The translations under genes were made by a program, and so were the position numbers. The notes beneath the pieces were generated by a model. It was not told the origin of the DNA and searched no databases. It worked only from the letters and a program-made list of their open reading frames with translations. From contig DASVGF010000082.1 of assembly GCA_036379675.1 (NCBI GenBank), forward strand, positions 1-52,890: a stretch of 52,890 nucleotides of DNA, in the 5' to 3' direction. The DNA comes from Gemmatimonadales bacterium (GTDB taxonomy: Bacteria > Gemmatimonadota > Gemmatimonadetes > Gemmatimonadales > GWC2-71-9). Below are positions 19,360 through 27,212 of the stretch, piece by piece (the first letter of the stretch is position 1; each line of letters opens with the position of its first letter).

Positions 19360-19754
19360 CGTCTCCACCAGAGCATCATGATGCCCCGGTCGGCCCCCGA
19401 GAAGAGCGAATAGGGCTGCCGTCCATCGCGGAGAGCCACGTGCGTGTGCACGGTTCCCCGCCAGGCCGGCGGCCGGCACAGCTCCAGGGACGTACCCGCC
19501 GATATGCCGAGCGAGTCGGAATACCCGGGCTGGAGCGCATACACGCCGGTGATCCGGACGGTATCGCTTTCGATTTCGCCGGCCAGGCAGGCCACCCGCT
19601 CGGCCTTGGCCTCCATGCTCTCGTCCCACAGCCGGTGCAGCTCGGGTGTGGCCGCCGGCTCGAATTGAAAGGCGCGCGGGATTCTCCCTGCACTCGCCGT
19701 AACCAGCAGCAGGGCCATCCCCGCGATCGGTATCCATCGCCACCGTCGTGTCAT
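19254..19754 (-). CDS. Secreted Cys-containing JAB/MPN-like protein, paralog 1
   Basis: 166 aa. Signal peptide MTRRWRWIPIAGMALLLVTASAG. Core: ERVACLAGEI...DSLGISA...CRPPAWRGTVHTH...FSGADR...DGIFC...CE. Clearly paralogous to the next gene. Confidence 0.6.
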   Translation of the reverse strand: MTRRWRWIPIAGMALLLVTASAGRIPRAFQFEPAATPELHRLWDESMEAKAERVACLAGEIESDTVRITGVYALQPGYSDSLGISAGTSLELCRPPAWRGTVHTHVALRDGRQPYSLFSGADRGIMMLWWRRWKVDGIFCLLYTAQEVICEIEGPRGAVLFPRSRY

Positions 19755-19760
19755 GGGACG

Positions 19761-20858
19761 CTACGAGCCCGAAGGCCCGACCGCCACGCCCCAGGGGATC
19801 GTGCCTGCCGGAATCTTCTTGAGCACTTTCATAGTCTCGGTATCCACCACGGAAACATCGTTCGACGGGCCATTTGCCGTGTACAGCTTCCGTCCGTCCG
19901 AGGTGAGCCCGATTCCCCAGGGACGCTGTCCCACCGGCGTGGTGGACGTGACGGTGTTGGTCGAGGCATCGATGACAGACACGGTGCCGCCGCGTCCGTT
20001 GGCGACATACACCCGCTTCCCGTCGGGCGACACCACCACTCCCATGGGCTTGGACCCCTCCGGCAGCTTGATCACCCTGGTGGTCTTGCGGGTGGGCACG
20101 TCGATCACCCACACCGTGCCGTCGACCTCGGCGGTGACGTAGGCATGACTTCCATCGGGCGAGAACGCCAGATCGCGCGGGCGCTTTCCTACCGGGATAG
20201 AGCCTACCACCTTCCGGGTTTTCGTGTCGATCAGCGTCAGGTTGTGGTCGGTCTCGCCGGTGACGTACACCAACGCGCCGTCCGGCTGAAGTCGTACACC
20301 CTCGGGCTCCCGTCCAACCGTCAGCGTCGACTGCACCTTCCCGCTCTCTACGTCCACGATGGAGGCGGTGTGGGCATCCTCGTTGGACACGAAGAGCGTC
20401 TTGCCGTCCCGGCTGATGTCGAAGGCCTCCGGATCTGATCCGCCCGGGAGGACCCGGACCGTCTTCCGGGTGCCGACGTCAACCACGGCAATGCCGTCCT
20501 TGCTCTTGTCCGACTTGAGCTTCTCACACTCCTCGTCCGGCATGGTCGGCGGGCACTTGGGCGACCCGCTCAAGGCCACAAACACTGTCTTGCCGTCGGG
20601 CGAAAGCCGCACACCGCGCGGGCGGGTGCCCACCGGAATAGTGGCTACTACACTATCCGTACGGGTGTCGATGACGGTGAGTTCCTGGGAGTCCTCGTTG
20701 GTAATGTAGGCCAGTTCGCCCGATGGCAGCGCCCTGGCTTCGGCTGCGGGTGCGGTGTCCGTGCGGCCGCCGAGTGAGGGCTGGTCGGTCCCGCACGACG
20801 CCAGCAGCACCGGAAGGGCACGGGAGGCGAGGGCACGAATGGAAGCGCTAGCGAGCAT
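19761..20858 (-). CDS. YVTN-family beta-propeller repeat lipoprotein (the type associated with PQQ-dependent catabolism)
   Basis: ORF 19761..20921, trimmed to ATG 20858, which gives the lipobox MLASASIRALASRALPVLLASC. Repeated ~40-aa units (YVTNEDS..., VFVSNEDA..., VYVTGETD..., AYVTAEVD..., VYVANGRG..., LYTANGPS...). Confidence 0.85.
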   Translation of the reverse strand: MLASASIRALASRALPVLLASCGTDQPSLGGRTDTAPAAEARALPSGELAYITNEDSQELTVIDTRTDSVVATIPVGTRPRGVRLSPDGKTVFVALSGSPKCPPTMPDEECEKLKSDKSKDGIAVVDVGTRKTVRVLPGGSDPEAFDISRDGKTLFVSNEDAHTASIVDVESGKVQSTLTVGREPEGVRLQPDGALVYVTGETDHNLTLIDTKTRKVVGSIPVGKRPRDLAFSPDGSHAYVTAEVDGTVWVIDVPTRKTTRVIKLPEGSKPMGVVVSPDGKRVYVANGRGGTVSVIDASTNTVTSTTPVGQRPWGIGLTSDGRKLYTANGPSNDVSVVDTETMKVLKKIPAGTIPWGVAVGPSGS

Positions 20859-21693
20859 CGAAAATCGCCTTGTCACGGTTACGGGCCTGGTCCAATCCCA
20901 CGATCTGCTCGCGACCCACAATCCCGGTGAGCACGGCCCCGGCCAGATCGGCCTTGTCCAGCTTCGCCCCGGTGAGGTCGGCGCCGGACAGATCGGCCTG
21001 AATCAACTCGGTATTTCTCAGGTCGGTACCGCGCAGCTTGGCCCGGCTCAGGTTGGCGTGCGAGAGGTCGGCCTTGAAGAGGTTGGCGCCTGACAGGTCG
21101 GCCCCGCTCAGGTCGGCGCCCACGAACGTGGCGCGCATGACACCCATCGACTGGTTGCCCGGGTCCGCGCCCATGTTGGCGTTCCGCAGGTTGGCGCCGG
21201 CCAACTTGGCGGAGCGGAGATACCCGATGATGCGTGTGTCCGGCAGCTGGGCCCCGCGCAGGTCGGCGGCCTCGATGATGGTGGCGAAGAGGCTGGCGCC
21301 GGCCAGATTGGCTCCTGCGAGGTTGGCGCGGCGCAGCACCGACCCGTCCAGGTTGGCCTTGGACAGGTCGGCCCCGGGCAGCACCGCATCGGTAAGGTCG
21401 CAGGTGAAGAGGTTGGCCCCGGCCAGCCGGGCATTACTCAGCCGGGCACCGGTGAGGTTGGCCCGCTTGAAGTCCACGCCGCCCAGATCCAGACCGCTGA
21501 GGTCGGTGCGCGAAAGATCGGGAGGGTTGGACTCCGTACCTGAGGCCAGCCGGGCCTTCGTCTGGGCGAGTGTCAGCCGAACAGTGGGAGAATCAACCGC
21601 GGTCTGGGGCAAACGCCGGGCGCCCGACGCGGATGCATCGGGCGCGGTCAGCGCTACCAGGGCGAGGAAGGTGAGAGCCGGCCGGGTCCGCAT
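20848..21693 (-). CDS. Secreted pentapeptide-repeat protein
   Basis: Signal peptide MRTRPALTFLALVALTAPDASASG, then about 40 A(D/N)LxG pentapeptide units (ANLTGARLSNARLAGANLFTCDLTDA...). Confidence 0.85.
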   Translation of the reverse strand: MRTRPALTFLALVALTAPDASASGARRLPQTAVDSPTVRLTLAQTKARLASGTESNPPDLSRTDLSGLDLGGVDFKRANLTGARLSNARLAGANLFTCDLTDAVLPGADLSKANLDGSVLRRANLAGANLAGASLFATIIEAADLRGAQLPDTRIIGYLRSAKLAGANLRNANMGADPGNQSMGVMRATFVGADLSGADLSGANLFKADLSHANLSRAKLRGTDLRNTELIQADLSGADLTGAKLDKADLAGAVLTGIVGREQIVGLDQARNRDKAIFDAR

Positions 21694-21731
21694 TCCCGGA
21701 ATCTACCACCATCCCGCGGCAAGAACCGGGT

Positions 21732-22175
21732 CTACGCTCCCGGCTTCCGTGCCGGGCGGCCGGGCGACAGCTTGGCGTCGCTCCGTCCCTTCACGTAGGC
21801 GTAGATCTTCTCTATGGTGGGAAGCTCCATGCCGAGGGCGCACCATGACGGCATGCCGTTGGCGGGGCGGCCGGCACATACGGTCTGGACGAACAGCTCT
21901 TTGGTATTGACCGGCCCCTCGGGCTTGAGGGACAGGATCAGATGGGGGGCAATGGTGGTGCCCAGGACGTCCTCGCCGTGGCACCGGGCGCAGTTCAGGT
22001 TGTACTGCTTCCATCCGTCGTACACTTCCTGGGAGACGGTGTCACGAGGCGCCGAATGGTACTGGTCCCGGAGCTCCTGGGCGCCGGCGGCCGGCGCCGT
22101 GGCGCTCCCCAGACCCAGCAGGATGACGGTTGCCAGCAGGACATGCCGGACGGTGATCGGGAGGGGCGTACGCAT
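21732..22175 (-). CDS. xoxG: Methanol-metabolism-type c-type cytochrome (XoxG/cytochrome cL-like; four-Cys type)
   Basis: Signal peptide, heme motif CARCHG, and two extra conserved Cys (VCAGRPANGMPSWC). It sits directly downstream of xoxJ. Confidence 0.8.
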   Translation of the reverse strand: MRTPLPITVRHVLLATVILLGLGSATAPAAGAQELRDQYHSAPRDTVSQEVYDGWKQYNLNCARCHGEDVLGTTIAPHLILSLKPEGPVNTKELFVQTVCAGRPANGMPSWCALGMELPTIEKIYAYVKGRSDAKLSPGRPARKPGA

Positions 22176-22247
22176 GCTCGCAGCGCGATCCTTTCGGGCA
22201 GAACGAAGTGGTTGGAGAACTGATGCAGGTTGACCAGCAGGTTGTTA

Positions 22248-23162
22248 CTAGCGCGTAGCTCGTCCCGAGTCGGATACCGGCGGAGACGCCGCCCCGGTCT
22301 GCTTCGGCCCATCGTCCTCCTTGGCCGGGGCGACAATCGGAAACATGGGCACACTGTATTCCTTGAGAATCGCCTGAATCTCGGGGCCCTTGCGGTCCAG
22401 CACCGTCTGCAGGCTGTCCCGCAGCGCTCGATCCCGGCGCCGTACGCCCATACCGATGCTGAAGCGAAACGGAAAATCGGTGACTGAGTCCCGTTCGGCC
22501 AGTGGCTGCAGCGTCAGGGGCACCGGCGATCGTTTGGCGAAGTAGCCTGCCAGCGGACCCCAGGCGATCGCCACGTCGATCTCCTTGTTCGCCACCGCAT
22601 TCACGATGTCTTCCGGGCGGATGCTGTCGGTATAGAACGTGGGGTACCCGGTGAGGTTGCCCACCACGCCGTATTGGCTCAGGGCCATGGCCGGGGGCGT
22701 GTTCTCCGCGTCGGAGTTCAGGATGTTGACCCCGATCTTGAGCTTCTTCAGCCGAGGGTCGGCCAGCGACCGGATATCCAGCCCCCGGTCCTTGCGGGTG
22801 ACGAATACGTAGCCGGAGCGGAAGTAGGGCTTGGTGACTCCGGCCATGTCGAATTCGGCCGGCGCCTGGATGGCGATGTCGCAGTAGCGGCCGTTCAACG
22901 CCCGGGCAAAGAAGCCCCGCCTGACCGGCCACCAGGCATACTCGATTTTCGCGTTCCATTCCCGGGCCACCAGCTCGGCGATCTTCTGCTCGAAGCCCTC
23001 ACCCTTCTGGTTGGACAGCGGCATGTTGTCGGGATCGGCGCAGACGCGCATGACCCCGGGCTTGGCCAGGTTGGGGCGCAACTGCGCTGGGGCCCGCCGC
23101 GGGGCGGCCAGAGCGGTGACGAGGATCAGGCCGGTGACACTCAGGAACAATCGCTGCTTCAT
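22248..23162 (-). CDS. xoxJ: Quinoprotein-dehydrogenase-associated periplasmic binding protein (MxaJ/XoxJ family)
   Basis: ORF 22248..23228, trimmed to ATG 23162 (signal peptide MKQRLFLSVTGLILVTALAAPRRAPAQ; GGAG upstream). MRVCADPDNMPLSN plus an SBP type-3 fold pattern. Confidence 0.85.
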   Translation of the reverse strand: MKQRLFLSVTGLILVTALAAPRRAPAQLRPNLAKPGVMRVCADPDNMPLSNQKGEGFEQKIAELVAREWNAKIEYAWWPVRRGFFARALNGRYCDIAIQAPAEFDMAGVTKPYFRSGYVFVTRKDRGLDIRSLADPRLKKLKIGVNILNSDAENTPPAMALSQYGVVGNLTGYPTFYTDSIRPEDIVNAVANKEIDVAIAWGPLAGYFAKRSPVPLTLQPLAERDSVTDFPFRFSIGMGVRRRDRALRDSLQTVLDRKGPEIQAILKEYSVPMFPIVAPAKEDDGPKQTGAASPPVSDSGRATR

Positions 23163-23180
23163 GACCAGGCTCCATGGAAC

Positions 23181-23264
23181 GAACGGCGCCGGAGCGAGCA
23201 GCACCCCGGCGCCGTTCTCATTCTTCAATTTACTGCCCTTTGGACCGGAGGCTATACCCTCCGG
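23181..23264 (-). promoter_or_regulatory. Two intercistronic stem-loops between xoxF and xoxJ
   Basis: A perfect 12-bp stem GAACGGCGCCGG/CCGGCGCCGTTC (23181-23192 / 23206-23217, 13-nt loop). A perfect 7-bp stem CCGGAGG/CCTCCGG (23245-23251 / 23258-23264). Neither is followed by a U-tract on the minus strand. Confidence 0.5.
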
Positions 23265-23282
23265 CCCGAGGGTTCTACCGCA

Positions 23283-25100
23283 TTACTTGCCCGCGGCCCA
23301 GGGGTTCTTGAGCGCGAACACGGTCAAGACGCCACCCTGATTGCTGAAGTTCCCCGCGTCGCCGAACGCGCCGAGCGCGCCCAGACCGGCAGTGGGATCT
23401 TCCGCGCCGATGCCGGCGGCGACGCCGATACCGGCCCAGCCACCGATGCCCGAGAGCACGGCCACATACTGCTGGCCATCGGGTCCGTTGTAGGTCATCG
23501 GGTTGCCGATGATGCCCGACGGGGTCTTGTACTGCCACAAGGTCTTGCCGGTCTTCTGGTCAAGCGCCTTGAGCCAGCCTTCCATGGTGCCGTAGAAGAC
23601 CACGCCGCCCGCCGTGGTGAGCGCCCCGCCGTACGCCGCGAGGTTCTCCTTGTTCGACCACACCGCCTTGCCCTTCATCGGGTCCCAGGCGATGAAGTTG
23701 CCACGGTGCCCACCGGGGCCCGGGAACATCCGCACGATCGCGCCGACGTACGGCTGACCGGCGGTGTACTTCACCTCGACGCCTTCATAGTCCATGCAGA
23801 TGTGGTTGGCGGGGACGTAGAAGAGGCCGGTGATCGGCGAATACGCCGACGGCTGCTGATCCTTGAAGCCGATCGCCGCGGGGCAGATGCCCTCGGTGTT
23901 CTTCTTCGAGGTGGTGCCGTACTTCGGATCCCGCTCCGGCACGCCCGTGGTCAGATCCACCCGCTTGGCCCAGTTGACCGGACCGTAGGGCTGCGCCACA
24001 ATCAGCTTGCCGTTGGTGCGGTCGAGCGTGTAGCCGAAGCCGTTACGGTCGAAGTGCGCCAGCAGCTTCTTGCCGCCGCTCTCGAAGAGGATGTTCTCGT
24101 TCACGCCGTCGTAGTCCCACTCATCGTGCGGCGTCATCTGGTAGGCCCACTTCACCTTCCCGTTGTCCGGGTTGCGGGCGAAGATGGTCATGGACCACTT
24201 GTTGTCGCCCGGCCGCTGATCGGGGTTCCAGCTGCCCGGGTTCCCGGTGCTGTAGTAGAAGAGGTTCAGCTCGGGGTCGTAGGAGTACCAGCCCCAGGTG
24301 GTGCCGCCGCCCCGCTTCCACTCGTCACCCTGCCAGGTCGACACGCCGAGGTCCTTGCCCTTGTGGGAAGGATAGTTGGCGTTGGCGTCGCCCTCGATCA
24401 GGACTTCGCTGTCGGGACCGGTGCTGTAGCCCCGCCAGACTTCCTTGCCGTCGTTGACGTTGTACGCCGTGACGCGGCCGCGGACGCCGAACTCACCGCC
24501 CGAGATACCGGCGATGACGATGTCCTTGATCACGATCGGGGCGTTCGTCATGGTGCTGCCCTGCTTGTAGTCGGCGTTCTTCACCTTCCACAACTCTTTG
24601 CCGGACTTGGCATCGAGGGCGAGCAGCTCACCCTGCAGCAGCTGGATGAAGATCTTGCCGCTGGGGTGATACGCGGTCCCACGGTTGACCAGGTCGCAGC
24701 ACGCGATTGGAATCGCGTCCGGCGACTGATTGGGCACGTGCTTCCAGATCAACGGCGCGCCGGGCTTCGACAGATCGAGCGCGTACACGATGTTCGGGAA
24801 GGACGTGTGGACGTACATCACGTTGCCGATGACGAGCGGGTTGCCCTCGTGCCCCCGAAGCGTCCCGGTCGAGAACGACCAGACGGGCCGGAGCTCGGCC
24901 ACGTTCGACGTCGTGATCTGCTTCAGCGGGCTGAACCGCTGGAGACTGAAATCACGACCAGTCATGTGCCATTCGCCCTCGGGTGCGTTCTGGGTCCAAG
25001 CCCCAGACCGCGCCTGCTGGGCGTCGGCTGACAGCGCTACGGCTAGCGAAAGACCCGCAGCGAGCCCGCCGGACACCACCTTCTGCGCAACACGGTTCAT
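23283..25100 (-). CDS. xoxF: PQQ-dependent methanol/ethanol dehydrogenase, XoxF (lanthanide-dependent) type
   Basis: ORF 23283..25427, trimmed to ATG 25100 (GAGG upstream; signal peptide MNRVAQKVVSGGLAAGLSLAVALSADAQQ). Vicinal disulfide PIACCDLVNRG, tryptophan-docking propeller pattern, and HDEWDYDGVNE with the extra Asp (DYD). Confidence 0.95.
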   Translation of the reverse strand: MNRVAQKVVSGGLAAGLSLAVALSADAQQARSGAWTQNAPEGEWHMTGRDFSLQRFSPLKQITTSNVAELRPVWSFSTGTLRGHEGNPLVIGNVMYVHTSFPNIVYALDLSKPGAPLIWKHVPNQSPDAIPIACCDLVNRGTAYHPSGKIFIQLLQGELLALDAKSGKELWKVKNADYKQGSTMTNAPIVIKDIVIAGISGGEFGVRGRVTAYNVNDGKEVWRGYSTGPDSEVLIEGDANANYPSHKGKDLGVSTWQGDEWKRGGGTTWGWYSYDPELNLFYYSTGNPGSWNPDQRPGDNKWSMTIFARNPDNGKVKWAYQMTPHDEWDYDGVNENILFESGGKKLLAHFDRNGFGYTLDRTNGKLIVAQPYGPVNWAKRVDLTTGVPERDPKYGTTSKKNTEGICPAAIGFKDQQPSAYSPITGLFYVPANHICMDYEGVEVKYTAGQPYVGAIVRMFPGPGGHRGNFIAWDPMKGKAVWSNKENLAAYGGALTTAGGVVFYGTMEGWLKALDQKTGKTLWQYKTPSGIIGNPMTYNGPDGQQYVAVLSGIGGWAGIGVAAGIGAEDPTAGLGALGAFGDAGNFSNQGGVLTVFALKNPWAAGK

Positions 25101-25678
25101 AACTAACCTCAGGGAAAAGGGTGATTCTCCTGCTCTACTGCCATTCGTGTCATGACGCGGAAACACTGACTGCTCGCTACAGGGCTGCCACCTGCGCCGG
25201 ACGCCCCACCGGAGGACTGCGCTCGACCATCGGGAGCATCCACCGCCGCAGCGCCGCTCTGGCGCGGCCAGCCGGCCGATGGGAGCTCGCGCGAGGATGA
25301 GACAGGGACCGATGATGGGTGAGGCGGGAGAAGGCCGACAATTGGAGCGCGGGGACAGACCTGCAGAGGTGCATCGCCAAGGCGGAGCGCCGCCAGTATT
25401 CCTCTGGCCAGCGGCCACACGCCGCATTGACTCGCGACGGGTTCAGCATCGATGAAATAGTTCCACCGAACGGGAACAAGCCCATTTCATCCCTCAGCGA
25501 CGCCACTGAACTACATGATGTATCAGTAATGGACCAGACTCGAGGAGGCGGCCGCCATCGCGTGCTTCAGACCGCCGTGGGGTTCTCAGGTTCCTCCCCG
25601 AAAGGGGAGCGGGCCAGCGCGATGGGCTTGCCTCTCAAAAACCTGCCAGTTCGCCGATTACGGGAGACTAGGGGGGTC

Positions 25679-25707
25679 AGTATACACCCCGAAAAATGAA
25701 CTGTCAA
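25679..25707 (-). promoter_or_regulatory. Near-consensus sigma70-type promoter directed toward xoxF
   Basis: On the minus strand: TTGACA (25707-25702), 17 nt, TATACT (25684-25679). It lies in an AT-rich pocket 19 nt past the mptG stop and about 580 nt upstream of the xoxF ATG. Confidence 0.45.
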
Positions 25708-25726
25708 TTAGGGACAGGGCGCGGAT

Positions 25727-26683
25727 TTACCCCCTCCAGACCCGGGCTCCGGTCGGGGCAAACCCCCCCTCAAAAACCACCCCCCCCGGGCCCATGGCTT
25801 CCCGGACCCGGGTGGCCAGCTCCCGGGCCTCCTCCTGGCTCGCAACCAGGCCATAGACCGCCGGCCCCCAGGAGCTCTGCCCCACGCCGGCGGCTCCCCA
25901 GGCTGCCATGCGCTCCACCAGCCGTTCCGAGGGCCCTGGGGCGAAAACCCCGCCCTGCTCCTGGGCAAACCAGCCGCCGGTGATGCGCTGGACCGCGGAA
26001 AGCGCCTGGCCGAAGCTCGCCAGATCTCCCTCCACGAGCGCGGGCAGGAGCTGCATCAGCACCAGATGGGATACCCGCTCCGGGTCGCCGGCGGGCGGCG
26101 GCGGGAGCTGGTCGAAGGCGCGGGCTTCGGCGGCTCCGCTCAACCCCCGGGCTCCGTGAGGCACCGCCACCACGTATCGCCAGCTTTCGGGAATGGCGAA
26201 CCGCGCGAGCAGCGGCGCCATATCTTCGCTGCCGAGCCGCCGCCCCCCTTCTACGATGAAGCCTCCCAGCGCAAACGTCCACGTCCCAATGGCCGAGCGC
26301 TTGCCCCGGCCCACGGCGCCGGCCAGCTCCACGGGATCCGCGGGAATTCCGTGAAGCTCAGCCAGGGCGCGGGCGACCCCGAGCCCAAGCTGGGTTCCCG
26401 AGCCGAGTCCGGTGTGGCTCGGGATGGCCCGGTGCACCACCAGCTGGGCCGCCCCGGGCAGTCCTCTGGCATCCAGAAACCGGCGGGCAAACTCGGCCGC
26501 ACGGCCCCCGTCGGGCCCCTCAAACGACATCCGCTGCGCCGGCGTGACCTCGAGCAGAAGGGATGGGCAGGGGATGGCTGCGCCGAGGCCGCCGAAGCTC
26601 CGCCCCAGGCCGCCGGTGAGATCGAGGACCCCGAAGTGCAGGCGCGCGGGCGCCTCGACGAAGACGCTACCGCGACTGGACAT
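25727..26683 (-). CDS. mptG: Beta-ribofuranosylaminobenzene 5'-phosphate synthase (H4MPT biosynthesis; GHMP-kinase fold)
   Basis: ORF 25727..26917, trimmed to ATG 26683. MSSRGSVFVEAPARLHFGVLDLTGGLGRSFGGLGAAI and HTGLGSGTQLGL motifs. Confidence 0.85.
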   Translation of the reverse strand: MSSRGSVFVEAPARLHFGVLDLTGGLGRSFGGLGAAIPCPSLLLEVTPAQRMSFEGPDGGRAAEFARRFLDARGLPGAAQLVVHRAIPSHTGLGSGTQLGLGVARALAELHGIPADPVELAGAVGRGKRSAIGTWTFALGGFIVEGGRRLGSEDMAPLLARFAIPESWRYVVAVPHGARGLSGAAEARAFDQLPPPPAGDPERVSHLVLMQLLPALVEGDLASFGQALSAVQRITGGWFAQEQGGVFAPGPSERLVERMAAWGAAGVGQSSWGPAVYGLVASQEEARELATRVREAMGPGGVVFEGGFAPTGARVWRG

Positions 26684-27212
26684 AGCGGGTGAGCATCTCC
26701 ATGGCTTCTCGCTCGCGGGGGCCGGCGGTCTTGTCCACCAGCACCTGGAGCCGGGCAAACTCCTCCCTGATCTGTTCGGGCGGCAGCAGGTGGGTGCGGG
26801 TGGCGAGGATGGCGGCCTCGAGCACGGCGTGCTTGGCGCGGTTGAAGCCGATGAACTCGCGCTTGAGCCCGCGGTGAACCACCCGAGCCTCGATGCGGGA
26901 TCGCGGTGGAGTGGCATCGATGGTCAGCACCTCCAGCTCTCGCCACGAGCAGGCTGCCTCGAGCACCACGCCCCGGACGACCGTGGCCGGAACCGATGGG
27001 AATTGGGGACTGGAAATGGCGCCCTGGGCAAGGAGCATCGCGTCGTCGGTGAGATTCACGACCGCCGTGCGGGTGGCGCTCACGTTGCGGAAGGTGGTGG
27101 TCTCCAGAAAGGGCTTGAGGACGATGATCTCGTGCCCCCACTCCACTCCCATGGGAGCGAAATTTATCGCCCCGGTTTGGTCCATGGACGTCACGATCGC
27201 CTCGACGATCAC
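26667..27212 (-). CDS. DUF447 family protein (flavin-reductase-like fold; associated with H4MPT clusters)
   Basis: C-terminal 181 aa of ORF 26667..27650. The GTG at 27212 overlaps the pabA stop (GTGA). VIVEAIVTSMDQTGAINFAPMGV... Confidence 0.8.
   Translation of the reverse strand: MIVEAIVTSMDQTGAINFAPMGVEWGHEIIVLKPFLETTTFRNVSATRTAVVNLTDDAMLLAQGAISSPQFPSVPATVVRGVVLEAACSWRELEVLTIDATPPRSRIEARVVHRGLKREFIGFNRAKHAVLEAAILATRTHLLPPEQIREEFARLQVLVDKTAGPREREAMEMLTRYVQSR

Noticed and set aside
24055-24725. Apparent +1 / -1 pair of frame discrepancies near 24060 and 24720 when I hand-translated xoxF from the printed sequence
   Set aside because: The ORF-track protein is continuous and family-consistent across this stretch, and coordinates re-synchronise outside it. 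I attribute this to my own position reading. Hand-derived coordinates in this interval may be off by 1 nt. It is not a frameshift or pseudogene.
22674-25031. 785-aa ORF on the + strand, antisense to xoxJ and xoxF
   Set aside because: It is a shadow ORF typical of high-GC DNA. Its composition is Arg/Gly/Ala/Pro/Val-rich with no recognisable motifs, and it fully overlaps two strongly supported genes on the other strand.
25174-25191. Possible sigma54 -24/-12 element upstream of xoxF (minus strand GTGGCAGCCCTGTAGCGA)
   Set aside because: The spacing is right, but only about 8 of 12 consensus positions match (TGGCAG / TAGC). This is too weak to call and is mentioned only as a possible second promoter.
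25177-25699. ORFs inside the xoxF leader (25177..25506 -, 25109..25420 -, 25319..25699 +) and a search for a pqqA-like mini-ORF
   Set aside because: The translations are His/Arg/Ser/Pro-rich with no family resemblance and no convincing RBS. No short peptide with the PqqA E-x-x-x-Y motif was seen here or in 50736-51195.
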